Below, piece by piece: positions 53,392 to 64,000 of a DNA stretch of 64,000 bases. The notes under the pieces were generated by a model that was not told the DNA's origin, searched no databases, and saw only the letters and a list, made by a program, of their open reading frames with translations. Origin of the DNA: an uncultured bacterium. Lineage in GTDB: Bacteria > Krumholzibacteriota > Krumholzibacteriia > JACNKJ01. The first letter of the stretch is position 1, and each line of letters begins with the position of its first letter. The DNA lies in the NCBI GenBank assembly GCA_963695095.1, contig CAVOFT010000001.1, positions 3,040,001 through 3,104,000 on the forward strand, given 5' to 3'. Both the position numbers and the translations under genes were made by a program.

Positions 53392-55527
53392 CTAGTCGCC
53401 TGAACGCTGCAGGGCCCCCGCCGCAGGCTGGTAGCACTGCAGCAGATAGTCCCGGACCATGCGGTTGGCGCTGAAGCGCCAGGCCAGCGTGGCGATGCTG
53501 TTCTTCATCATCTCCACCCAGCCGAGGGGAATGCCCTCCGCATTGCGGTCGAAATAGATGGGCAGCACCGTCTCCTCGAGGAGCTGAAAGAGGGCTTCCC
53601 GGTCCTGGGCGTCCTGCAGCTCGGGATTGCCGTGGTGGCGATTGGCGCCGATGGCGAAGCCGTTGGAGCCGTCGTAGGCCTCCGCCCACCAGCCGTCCAG
53701 GATCGAGCAGTTGAGCCCGCCGTTGATGACCACTTTCATGCCGCTCGTGCCGCTGGCCTCCATGGGGCGCCGCGGCGTGTTGAGCCAGAGGTCCACGCCC
53801 TGGACCATGTGGCGGGCGACGTTGATGTCGTAGTCCTCGAGCAGGATCAAGCGCCCCTTGAAGCGCGGATCGCGGCTGAGCTGGAAAAGCCGCTGCAATT
53901 TGGACTTGCCCGGCTCATCCGCCGGGTGCGCCTTGCCGGCGAAGATGAACTGCACGGGCCGGGCCTCGTCGTCCATCAGGCGCAGGAGCCGCTCCTCGTC
54001 GTCCAGCAGCAGATCGGCGCGCTTGTAGGTGGCGAAGCGCCGCGCGAAACCGATGGTCAGCGCCCGTGACGAGAGCGAGCGCGAAGCGTCGGCCACGGCC
54101 TCCTTGCCCTCGCGCCGGCGGGTCACCTGGGCCACCAGCCGGCGGCGGGCGAAGCCGAGCAGGCGCGAACTGAGGAGCTGGTGGGCCTCCCACAGCTCGC
54201 CGGGGTCCAGCGTGTAGATGCGCCGCCAGGTTTCGGGCTCGTGAATGCGCTCCTGCCAGTCGCTGCCGATGCGCTGCTCGTAGAGCTTGGCCATGGCGGG
54301 TGCGATCCAGGTGGGCACGTGCACGCCGTTGGTGATGTGCCCGATGGGCACCTCGCGCTCCGGCCGATCGGGCCAGAGCCGATGCCACATGCGCCGGCTG
54401 ACGCGGCCGTGCAGGGCCGAGACGCCGTTCGTGCGGTCGGCCGAGCGCAGCGCCAGGGTCGTCATGCAGAAGGGCGATGCGTGGTCGCCCGGATTGATCC
54501 GGCCGAGGCCGACGACCTCGTCGATGGACTTGCCCATGCGCGCCGCCAGCGGCGAGAGCGCCTCGTCCACCAGCTCGGGCGCGAAGCGGTCGTGGCCGGC
54601 CTCCACGGGCGTGTGCGTGGTGAAGACCGTCATCCGCGACACCTCGGCGCGCGCGTCCTCCCAGCTCATGCCGTCGCGTTCCATGAAGCGCCGCGCCTGC
54701 TCGAGCACGACGAAGGCGCTGTGGCCTTCGTTGAGATGCAGCACCCCGGGCTCGATGCCCAGCGCGCCGAGCGCGCGCAGGCCGCCGACGCCGAGCAGCA
54801 GCTCCTGGCGGATGCGCGTGCGGCGGTCGCCGCCGTAGAGCGTGCTCGTGAGCTGGCGGTTGAAGTCGTCGTTGGCGTCCACGTTGCTGTCGAGCAGCAG
54901 CAGGGTGCAGCGGCCCACCGCCGCCTTCCAGACCCGCGCGTGGATGACGCTGTCGCGCGTTTCGACGGCGATCGTCAGGGGTTCGCCCTTCTTGGTCATG
55001 GCCGGCGCCATGGCGAGGGTTTCCAGATCCGCCCCGCCGTAGGCCTCCTGCTGGCGGCCCTCGGCGTCCAGATGCTGGCGGAAGTAGCCGTGGAAGTAGA
55101 AGAGCCCGACGCCCACCAGGGGCAGACCCAGGTCCGAAGCGCTCTTGATGTGGTCGCCGGCCAGGATGCCGAGACCGCCCGAGTAGATGGGCAGGGACTC
55201 GTGCAGGCCGAACTCGGCGCTGAAGTAGGCCACGGGCTGCGCGGGCAGGGAGCCGGGCCCGCCGATGTCGCCGAGACCGGGCGAGGCCAGGTAGTCCTCC
55301 AGCCGGTGGAAGGCGTAGTTGATCCGGCTGTCGATGGCCATTTCCTCGGCCCGCGGCAGCAGCTCCCACTCTTCGAAGTGCTCGAGGAAAGCGAGGGGAT
55401 TGTGGTGGGTGCCCCGCCAGCGCGCCGGGTTGAGATCGCGGTAGATGGCGATCACTTCCGGATGCCAGGTCCACCAGAGGTTGCGCGAGAGCTTGCGCAG
55501 CTTGTCGAGGTAGCTCGTCATGGCCAT
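53392..55527 (-). CDS. glgP: Alpha-glucan family phosphorylase (GT35)
   Basis: VAYFSAEFG, YSGGLG, LYGG, HLNEGH, TTHTP, ARRFATYKR, EASGTSGMK. Confidence 0.95.
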   Translation of the reverse strand: MAMTSYLDKLRKLSRNLWWTWHPEVIAIYRDLNPARWRGTHHNPLAFLEHFEEWELLPRAEEMAIDSRINYAFHRLEDYLASPGLGDIGGPGSLPAQPVAYFSAEFGLHESLPIYSGGLGILAGDHIKSASDLGLPLVGVGLFYFHGYFRQHLDAEGRQQEAYGGADLETLAMAPAMTKKGEPLTIAVETRDSVIHARVWKAAVGRCTLLLLDSNVDANDDFNRQLTSTLYGGDRRTRIRQELLLGVGGLRALGALGIEPGVLHLNEGHSAFVVLEQARRFMERDGMSWEDARAEVSRMTVFTTHTPVEAGHDRFAPELVDEALSPLAARMGKSIDEVVGLGRINPGDHASPFCMTTLALRSADRTNGVSALHGRVSRRMWHRLWPDRPEREVPIGHITNGVHVPTWIAPAMAKLYEQRIGSDWQERIHEPETWRRIYTLDPGELWEAHQLLSSRLLGFARRRLVAQVTRRREGKEAVADASRSLSSRALTIGFARRFATYKRADLLLDDEERLLRLMDDEARPVQFIFAGKAHPADEPGKSKLQRLFQLSRDPRFKGRLILLEDYDINVARHMVQGVDLWLNTPRRPMEASGTSGMKVVINGGLNCSILDGWWAEAYDGSNGFAIGANRHHGNPELQDAQDREALFQLLEETVLPIYFDRNAEGIPLGWVEMMKNSIATLAWRFSANRMVRDYLLQCYQPAAGALQRSGD

Positions 55528-55532
55528 GCCGC

Positions 55533-55561
55533 CGAATAGCACGCCCCCGGGGGGCTGTCAA
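55533..55561 (-). promoter_or_regulatory. glgP promoter, likely giving a leaderless mRNA
   Basis: TTGACA-17 bp-TATTCG with an extended TG; ATG 55527 begins 6 nt after the -10 box. Confidence 0.55.
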
Positions 55562-55629
55562 GAAGGCTCCCGCAGGGGCAAGTCTTGCCGCACCGGGAAT
55601 TCCGGCGGCAGCCGCAGGGTGGGCGAACC

Positions 55630-57939
55630 CTAGCGAATCAGCACGATGCGCGCCGCCCGCGAGCGTTCACCCCGATTCATCTCCAAGCGAGCAAAGTAGA
55701 TGCCGCTTGCGGCGGCTTCGCCCGCATCGTCGCGGCCGTCCCAGCTGCGCTCGCTCACGCCCGCCAGGAAATGCTCCCGGACAGCGAGGCTGCGCACGCG
55801 GCGGCCGGCGACATCGTAGATGAAGAGGCTGGCGCGCTGATCCGCGCGCAGCTCGAAGCGCAGGGTGACGTCGGCGCGGGCCGCGCCGGGCCGAAATGGA
55901 CTGGGGTAGCTGCCGGCGAGAGCGAGGAAGGCGGGATTCTCGCTGTAGGTGAAGACCTCGGCGCCGAGGTCCCCGTTGACGGCCAGGCCGTAGCCCTGGG
56001 GCCCCAGGGGCACGCGGCGGCCGCGCAGGCGGATCTCCCAGGGGCCCGCCTCGGGAGCGATGATCAGCACCCGCTCCACCGTGTTGAGCGCATCGGCTTC
56101 GCCACCCGGCACCGATTCGCCCAGCTCCGCGTCGAAGCCGTTGCCGAGGTAGAGCTGTCCCGAGGGCGAGCGCAGTTCCAGGTCCAGGTCGTTGACCACG
56201 GGCTCGGCGACGAAGGGTTCCGCGGGCGGGTCCGTGAAGGCCAGCGTGACGGCCAACGGCTCGGCGGCGGACTCGACCTCGAGCCGGTAGATGAGGAGGT
56301 CCCCCGTCTCCAGCCCCTCGGCATTGCGCTTCTCGGCCAGCCACAGCTCGCGGCTGTCGCCCGCGAAGTAGAGCGCCTCGTCGAGCACGAGGTGCCCCCA
56401 GCCCTCGCTGTCATTGGGATAGCCCGCCGGCAGGCTGTCCATGGGCAGGGTGCTGTTGATGAGCAGCGCCCTGAGCAGGGCGCCGCTGGGCACGAGCGAG
56501 TCGGCGGCCACGGGCGCGCCGCTCGGCCACCAACCCTCCACCAGGTACTGGCGCGCCAGCGCCGCCGCCCCGGCCACGGCGGGACAGGCCATCGAGGTGC
56601 CGCTGCTGGTCGTCCAGCCGCAGGGCAGGGCCCGGTTCGCGGAATCGATCGCGTAGCCGGGCGCATAGAGCTCCGGCTTGCGGCGGCCATCGGCCGTGGG
56701 GCCCATGCCGCCGCTGTAGTGCTCGTCGCAGCCATGGTAGCCGCCGCCGAAGCTGTCATTGGTGTAGCTCGCGCCCACGGCAAGGGTGCTCTTGGCGTTC
56801 TCGGGCGTATAGAGCAAGCCGGCATTGGTGACGGCCCAGATCAGCAGCGCCTCTTCCTGGTCGTGGCTGAAGGCATCGATGTCCACGCAGAGCTCGGTGT
56901 AGCTGGTGATCCCATCCGCGCCCCAGCTATTGGTGTGCACGCGGGCGCCGGCAGCGTGGTGCAGGGCGAAGTCCGCATAGACGTCGTAGACGCCGGTGGG
57001 CACGTAGTTGGAATGCGCCAGCCGTGCCGCCCAGGCGCCGCCCCGCTTCTGCGCGCCCATCTGATCGTCAATCGGCAGCGCATCGCCCGCCACCGTGCCC
57101 GCCGTGTGGGTGCCGTGATTGCTGCCCCAGCCGGCGTACTCGCCGATGAAGACCACCTTGCGGTGCGCGGGCCCGATGGGCTCGCCGTCCGGATCGGCGA
57201 AGAAGCAGCTGGCCGGAGCGAAGTTGGAGTCGATGTGGCCGACGATCTGCCCCTCGCCATGGAGGCCCCGATCCCAGATCGGCCGCTGATCCGCTGCCGC
57301 GCTCTGGACGCTCCAGCTGCTGTCATCGTTGCGGTCGGTGAGCGGCAGCGTGGGCGAAGCCCAGAGCAGACCGGGCAGGGCGGCTAGCGCCGGCAGCAGC
57401 GCGGACGGCGCGCTCAGCCAGAGCCGCGGCCGTGCCGAGCGTGCGCTGCTGCCCAGCAGTTCGGCGCCGAGGGCCAGGGCCATGTCGGCGCGAAGGGCGA
57501 TGGGCGTGCCCGGCGCGAAGCTCAAGGTGATCGCCACCGACTTGCCGCCCGCGCGCGCCGCCAGCGCGGCCAGCTCGGGCGCCAGGCGCCACTCCGGGCG
57601 ACAGTCCGTGAGCAAAGCGACGCCGGCGAGGGCGGACAGGCGCACCCCGGCGGCGGCGTCCGCGCGGAGCAGATAGGCGTCATCGGGCAGATAGGCCAGG
57701 ATCTCGGCGCCGGCGGCGGCGAGCGCATCGCGATCCGCACGGCCAGGTGCGTGGTCGAACCGCAAGATGCGCAGATCGTCGCTCGCCTCGCTGCCGCGGG
57801 CGCTCAGGGCAGGGTCGCCGGCGCGCAGGGTGCCGGCGCGCAGGCGCAGGGCGCCGCTCTCGCCTGCGGCTGCCGCCTGGGCAAGTACGCCACCAAAGAT
57901 GAGCAGGACCGCGAGGAGGGGCGGGCGGCGAGCGGGCAT
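55630..57939 (-). CDS. Secreted S8 serine protease (KP-43-like) with FlgD-Ig/T9SS-CTD-like C-terminus
   Basis: GHIDS, HGTHTAGT, SGTSMACP, PSGALLRALL, EGWG, VNDLDL; tail SYPSPF..WDGRD..SGIY. Confidence 0.9.
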   Translation of the reverse strand: MPARRPPLLAVLLIFGGVLAQAAAAGESGALRLRAGTLRAGDPALSARGSEASDDLRILRFDHAPGRADRDALAAAGAEILAYLPDDAYLLRADAAAGVRLSALAGVALLTDCRPEWRLAPELAALAARAGGKSVAITLSFAPGTPIALRADMALALGAELLGSSARSARPRLWLSAPSALLPALAALPGLLWASPTLPLTDRNDDSSWSVQSAAADQRPIWDRGLHGEGQIVGHIDSNFAPASCFFADPDGEPIGPAHRKVVFIGEYAGWGSNHGTHTAGTVAGDALPIDDQMGAQKRGGAWAARLAHSNYVPTGVYDVYADFALHHAAGARVHTNSWGADGITSYTELCVDIDAFSHDQEEALLIWAVTNAGLLYTPENAKSTLAVGASYTNDSFGGGYHGCDEHYSGGMGPTADGRRKPELYAPGYAIDSANRALPCGWTTSSGTSMACPAVAGAAALARQYLVEGWWPSGAPVAADSLVPSGALLRALLINSTLPMDSLPAGYPNDSEGWGHLVLDEALYFAGDSRELWLAEKRNAEGLETGDLLIYRLEVESAAEPLAVTLAFTDPPAEPFVAEPVVNDLDLELRSPSGQLYLGNGFDAELGESVPGGEADALNTVERVLIIAPEAGPWEIRLRGRRVPLGPQGYGLAVNGDLGAEVFTYSENPAFLALAGSYPSPFRPGAARADVTLRFELRADQRASLFIYDVAGRRVRSLAVREHFLAGVSERSWDGRDDAGEAAASGIYFARLEMNRGERSRAARIVLIR

Positions 57940-57950
57940 GGCGACGGTCC

Positions 57951-58301
57951 TCAATGGCTGGTGGGCTTGAAGAAGCTGATCAGGTTGCCCTCCGGATCCC
58001 GCACATGGAGGAAGAGCGCCGAGTCGGTCAGCTCCTCCTTGAAGATCTCCACGCCCCGCACCGCCAGCACCGAGCGCAGGGTGATGGGATCGTCGATCTC
58101 GACGTCGAGGAAGGTCGAGTCGCCGGTGGGCGCGTCCCAGCCGCCGGGCTCGGCCGACACCAAGCCCAGCGTCAGCCCGCCCGTGTCCAGGTAGCAGAAG
58201 TTCGGGCCCTCGTCGCTCACGTCCCAGCCCAGCACGCGGGTGTAGAAGCGCTTCATCTTGCGCAGGTTCTTGCAGCGATAGGTGACGCTCACGGCACGCA
58301 T
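57951..58301 (-). CDS. VOC/glyoxalase family protein
   Basis: RFYTRVLGW..RDPEGNLI. Confidence 0.85.
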   Translation of the reverse strand: MRAVSVTYRCKNLRKMKRFYTRVLGWDVSDEGPNFCYLDTGGLTLGLVSAEPGGWDAPTGDSTFLDVEIDDPITLRSVLAVRGVEIFKEELTDSALFLHVRDPEGNLISFFKPTSH

Positions 58302-58396
58302 GGGCACCTCGGAGGGCGGTGGCGGGCCCGGAGGGCGCCATGCCGCCCGGGCTGGAAGCAGTCAAGCGGGCGCACGCGCCAAAGTCAAGCTCGGGC

Positions 58397-60385
58397 CTAC
58401 TTGAGCAGGATCGCGCGCAGCCTCCGGCTCTGGGCGCCGGCCTTGAGCTCGAGCAGATAGAGCCCCGCCGGCAGGGGACGGCCTGCGGCGTCGACGGCCT
58501 CCCAGTCCAGGCGTTGCTCTCCCGCAGGCAAGTCCCGGGCCGGATGGCTCGCCAGGCGGCGGCCGCTGAGGTCATAGACCGCCAGGCTCACGGTGGCCGG
58601 CTCCGCCAGCTCGAAGTAGAGCGCCGTGCGCGGATTGAAGGGATTGGGCGCCAGGGCGGCGGCCAGCAGGGGCCCGCCTGCGGGGGCGAGGCCGGGTGTC
58701 AGGCTCAGCAGCAGGAACTCCTTGCCCTCCGCGTCGAGACCGTAGAGCTCGTAGCGCCAGGCGCCCGCAGGAGCGGCGTCGCTCAGGCGATAGCGCCAGT
58801 CGCCGCTCGCCTCCACCGGCAGGAGCGGCGCGGCATTCAGACAGAGGGGCAGCGCGAGCGGCTGCTCGCCGATGGCCGCCAGGACCTCGCGGCGCGACAG
58901 CGCGCCGGCCGCGAAGGCCTCGGCCTGGGCCAGGCGCTCGGCCCGATCCGCGGCGTCGCCCGCGGGCAGGCGGTACACGTTGAAGGGCAGGGGCTCGCTG
59001 CAGCGCCAGTCTAGCTCGACGCGGCCGGAGCCCGCGCGCAGCGCGCGCCCGCTGGCGGTGGCCAGCGCGGGAGCCGCCGTGAGATCGGCGCCGCCTTCGA
59101 TGGCATAGGCCCAGCCGCCGCTGCTCAGGTACTGCGTGCCGGCCAGCACGTCGGGGCTGCCCGTGCCGGAGAGATCCGCCGTGCCGCGCACGCTGTAGAG
59201 CCGCGCGCCCGTGTTGAACATCCACAGGGTGTCGCCCGTGGCGCCGTTGAAGAGGTAGGTCTTGGTGTCGAAGGAGCCGCCGACGACCTCGTCGATGCCG
59301 TCGCCGGTGAGATCGTCCACGCGGTCCACGGCCCAGAAGTCGCCGCCGTTGAGGGTGCCGGCCCAGGCCTGCCAGATCAGCGTGCCGTCCTGGCCGTCGA
59401 TGACGCGCAGGGCGCGCTCCCAGGAGCCGATGGCGATGTCCCGCCAGCCGTTGCCGTTGACGTCGCTCAGGGTGACCAGGCGCATGATGTAGTTGTAGCT
59501 GCCGTTGTCGAAGGTCCAGCGCAGGGCGCCTGTCGCGCCGTCGAGGCAGCGCACCTGGCCGGAAGCGCTCCAGGAGCCGACGACGAGTTCGGCCACGCCG
59601 TCGCCGCCGATGTCGTCGATCAGCGCCGTGGCCCAGTTGCTCGCGCCCATGTTGCGCTGCCAGATGAGCTGGCCGACGCCGCCCAGGCTGCCGCCGCTCA
59701 CGCAGTAGACGTAGTGGTCGTTGTCGCCCGCGCAGAAGAGCACATCCTGCTTGCCGTCGCCGTTGACGTCGGGCAGGGCAAGGGCGCGATAGAGCGCGTC
59801 GGCCGCCGGGAAGCGCCAGAGGACGCTGCCGTCGGCGCCGCTGAGCAGGTAGCCGCAGTTGGCGTCGCTGCCCAGTGCACAGGCCACCTCGGGCAGGCCG
59901 TCGCCGTTGAGGTCGGCCAGCCAGCTCACGTCGTAGACCCAGCCGGAATCGATCGTGAGATAGGAGTCGAAGGTCCACAGCAGCTCGCCCGTGCGGCCGT
60001 CCACGGCGTGCACGCTGCGATTGCCCCAGGCCGTGCCCAGCAGGACGTCGGGAAAGCCGTCGCCCGACAGGTCGGGGCAGATCTCGAGGCACTCGTCGCC
60101 GTCGCCGCCGCCGTCGCTCACACCGCTCGAAGGGCGGATCGACCAGAGCACCGGCGGCGGGTCGCCCTGGCCGCCGGAAACCAGGTAGAGGTGATCGCCC
60201 GCGGCGCCGGCGTCATAGGTCTCGATGACGATGTCGCTGACGCCGTCGCCGTCGACATCCGGGAGCGTGGCCATGGCATTGATGTCCTCGATGCCCTGGA
60301 AGCGCCAGAGCTGATCGCCGCCATCGGCGAGGGCGGCGCCGGGCAGGCAAGCGAGGAGCAGACAAGCGGTCAGGCGGGTCGACAT
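58397..60385 (-). CDS. Secreted FG-GAP/PQQ-like beta-propeller protein with FlgD-Ig/T9SS-CTD-like C-terminus
   Basis: Repeated D-[VL]-[NDST]-GDG..D[VI] calcium-binding loops and DGxTGxxLW; tail APNPFNP..AGLY..ILLK*. Confidence 0.88.
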   Translation of the reverse strand: MSTRLTACLLLACLPGAALADGGDQLWRFQGIEDINAMATLPDVDGDGVSDIVIETYDAGAAGDHLYLVSGGQGDPPPVLWSIRPSSGVSDGGGDGDECLEICPDLSGDGFPDVLLGTAWGNRSVHAVDGRTGELLWTFDSYLTIDSGWVYDVSWLADLNGDGLPEVACALGSDANCGYLLSGADGSVLWRFPAADALYRALALPDVNGDGKQDVLFCAGDNDHYVYCVSGGSLGGVGQLIWQRNMGASNWATALIDDIGGDGVAELVVGSWSASGQVRCLDGATGALRWTFDNGSYNYIMRLVTLSDVNGNGWRDIAIGSWERALRVIDGQDGTLIWQAWAGTLNGGDFWAVDRVDDLTGDGIDEVVGGSFDTKTYLFNGATGDTLWMFNTGARLYSVRGTADLSGTGSPDVLAGTQYLSSGGWAYAIEGGADLTAAPALATASGRALRAGSGRVELDWRCSEPLPFNVYRLPAGDAADRAERLAQAEAFAAGALSRREVLAAIGEQPLALPLCLNAAPLLPVEASGDWRYRLSDAAPAGAWRYELYGLDAEGKEFLLLSLTPGLAPAGGPLLAAALAPNPFNPRTALYFELAEPATVSLAVYDLSGRRLASHPARDLPAGEQRLDWEAVDAAGRPLPAGLYLLELKAGAQSRRLRAILLK

Positions 60386-60525
60386 GAAAGACCTCCGGGG
60401 GCTGGAGCGGCTTAAGTATAGCGCCGCGGCGCGCGCGGAACAACGCAGTAGGCCGCCCTGGGGTTGTCCTATCCGGCCAGTCGGGCTATACTCTTGTCGT
60501 GCCTGCAATCACTGATGGGGAGGGA

Positions 60526-61623
60526 ATGATGCGGAGGCTGCTGTTGCTGGCCTGTGCCCTGTGCTGCCTGCCCGCCGCTCGCTGGAGCGCCGCCGCCACC
60601 TGGACCGTGGCCCAGAACGGCAGCGGCGACTTCACCACGATCACCGCCGCGCTCGCGGCCGCTGCGAACCAGGATTCCATTCTCGTCGGGCCCGGCACCT
60701 ATAGCGAGCCCTTGCTCGTCGACAAGCAGCTGACCCTCGTCAGCAGCCAAGGCGCGGCGGCCACCGTCCTGGATGCCAACTACGCCTTCGAGCTCCTGCG
60801 CTACGTGAGCGGAGGCGGCGGCCAGTTCTCGGGCTTCTCGCTCAGGCGGGCGGACGTCGGTCCCGCTGGAGAGGGCGGCGCCATCCGTGTGAACTACTGC
60901 AACAGTCTGCTGATCAGCGACTGCGTGTTCGAGGACAACTGGGCCGACTACCAGGGCGGCGGCCTCGCCATCGGCCATGCCAGCATCGTCGAGGTCGTCG
61001 ATTGCAGCTTCATCGAGAACTACGCCCCCACCCATAGCGGCGCTGCCGTGGCCATCCAGAGCAGCCATCTCAGCTTCGAGCGCTGCTCGTTCATCGAGAA
61101 CCGCACGGGGGTCTTTTCGGGCGCCATCGCCGCCCATAGCAGCGTCCTGGATGTCCAGGACTGCCTCTTCCTGCGCAATCGCAGCTACGACGTCGCCGGC
61201 GCCATCTACCTCTACTTGTCGGGGGGTCTGATCCGGAACAACACTTTCCACGACAACCGCTCGCCCGGACGGGCAACGGTGGTGATCCACCAGAGCGACG
61301 CCGCCATCGTCGAGCGCAACATCTTCTCTGCCGATCAGGCCGGCTACGGGCTGCAGTTCTACCAGGGCGGCGGCGGCCACGCCTGCAACCTCTACTGGGA
61401 CAACGCGGCGGGCGCGCTCTCCGGTGCCGCCCTCGCCGCCGATGAGTTGATCGCCGATCCTCTCTTCTGCAACGCCGCCGCGGAGCACTTCGAGCTCTAT
61501 GACATGTCGCCGGCCGCCGCCGACCACAGTGCCTGCGGGCAGCTCATCGGCGCTTTCCCGGTGGCCTGCTCGACGACAGGGGTCGAGCGCTCCTCCTTCA
61601 GCGCGATCAAGGCGCTCTACTAG
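60526..61623 (+). CDS. Secreted right-handed beta-helix protein ending SFSAIKALY
   Basis: WTVAQNGSGDFTTITAAL..VGPGTY; repeated CxFxxN..GGA[IL]; ADPLFC. Confidence 0.88.
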   Translation: MMRRLLLLACALCCLPAARWSAAATWTVAQNGSGDFTTITAALAAAANQDSILVGPGTYSEPLLVDKQLTLVSSQGAAATVLDANYAFELLRYVSGGGGQFSGFSLRRADVGPAGEGGAIRVNYCNSLLISDCVFEDNWADYQGGGLAIGHASIVEVVDCSFIENYAPTHSGAAVAIQSSHLSFERCSFIENRTGVFSGAIAAHSSVLDVQDCLFLRNRSYDVAGAIYLYLSGGLIRNNTFHDNRSPGRATVVIHQSDAAIVERNIFSADQAGYGLQFYQGGGGHACNLYWDNAAGALSGAALAADELIADPLFCNAAAEHFELYDMSPAAADHSACGQLIGAFPVACSTTGVERSSFSAIKALY

Positions 61624-61774
61624 CGCCCAGGGGATCCTGGCCGACCCGCCCCCGGGGGCGGGCCGCCCCAGCAGGATATCCGCTAAATCACAGTTTGCCA
61701 CTTATCATTCAAGCATCGAAAAGCTGCTTTGGCCGCTGGCGCGCCTGCAAAGCCCTCAGTAAATTGGACCCTGA

Positions 61775-64000
<2,226 letters not shown>

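Overview
Very GC-rich bacterial chromosome segment with about 45 genes. It most resembles FCB-affiliated candidate phyla such as Latescibacterota/Krumholzibacteriota/Eisenbacteria; this is an inference from six exported proteins ending in FlgD-Ig/T9SS-CTD-like domains and three ending in a short S-[WFV]-[GS]-x-[IL]-K-x-L-[YF] tail. Many genes at 1-28 kb and 61.8-64 kb are split by single-base indels that look like long-read consensus errors, so several calls are stitched across frames. Content: secreted S8 proteases, adhesin-like, beta-propeller and beta-helix proteins, Tpx, a PAS histidine kinase/response regulator pair, two Ser/Thr kinase-TPR proteins, RsgA, a pectate lyase, AmgK-RapZ fusion plus MurU, tRNA-Asn, PepF, a DUF3857/transglutaminase pair, an HNH endonuclease, an OFA-family MFS transporter, a TetR-LKR-SDH saccharopine cluster plus a second SDH, GlgP and the start of PFOR (nifJ). 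Top observation: a multiheme cytochrome (3848-4940) colinear with the Geobacter nanowire protein OmcS. It keeps the inter-subunit His16 and adds a seventh CxxCH in a C-terminal tail. Other leads are the short C-terminal sorting-like motif, a 14-bp perfect palindrome shared between the HNH gene and a distant intergenic remnant, and a split eukaryote-like lysine-ketoglutarate reductase/saccharopine dehydrogenase pair. No CRISPR array, integrase or transposase was seen. No database searches were run; family names come from motif recognition.
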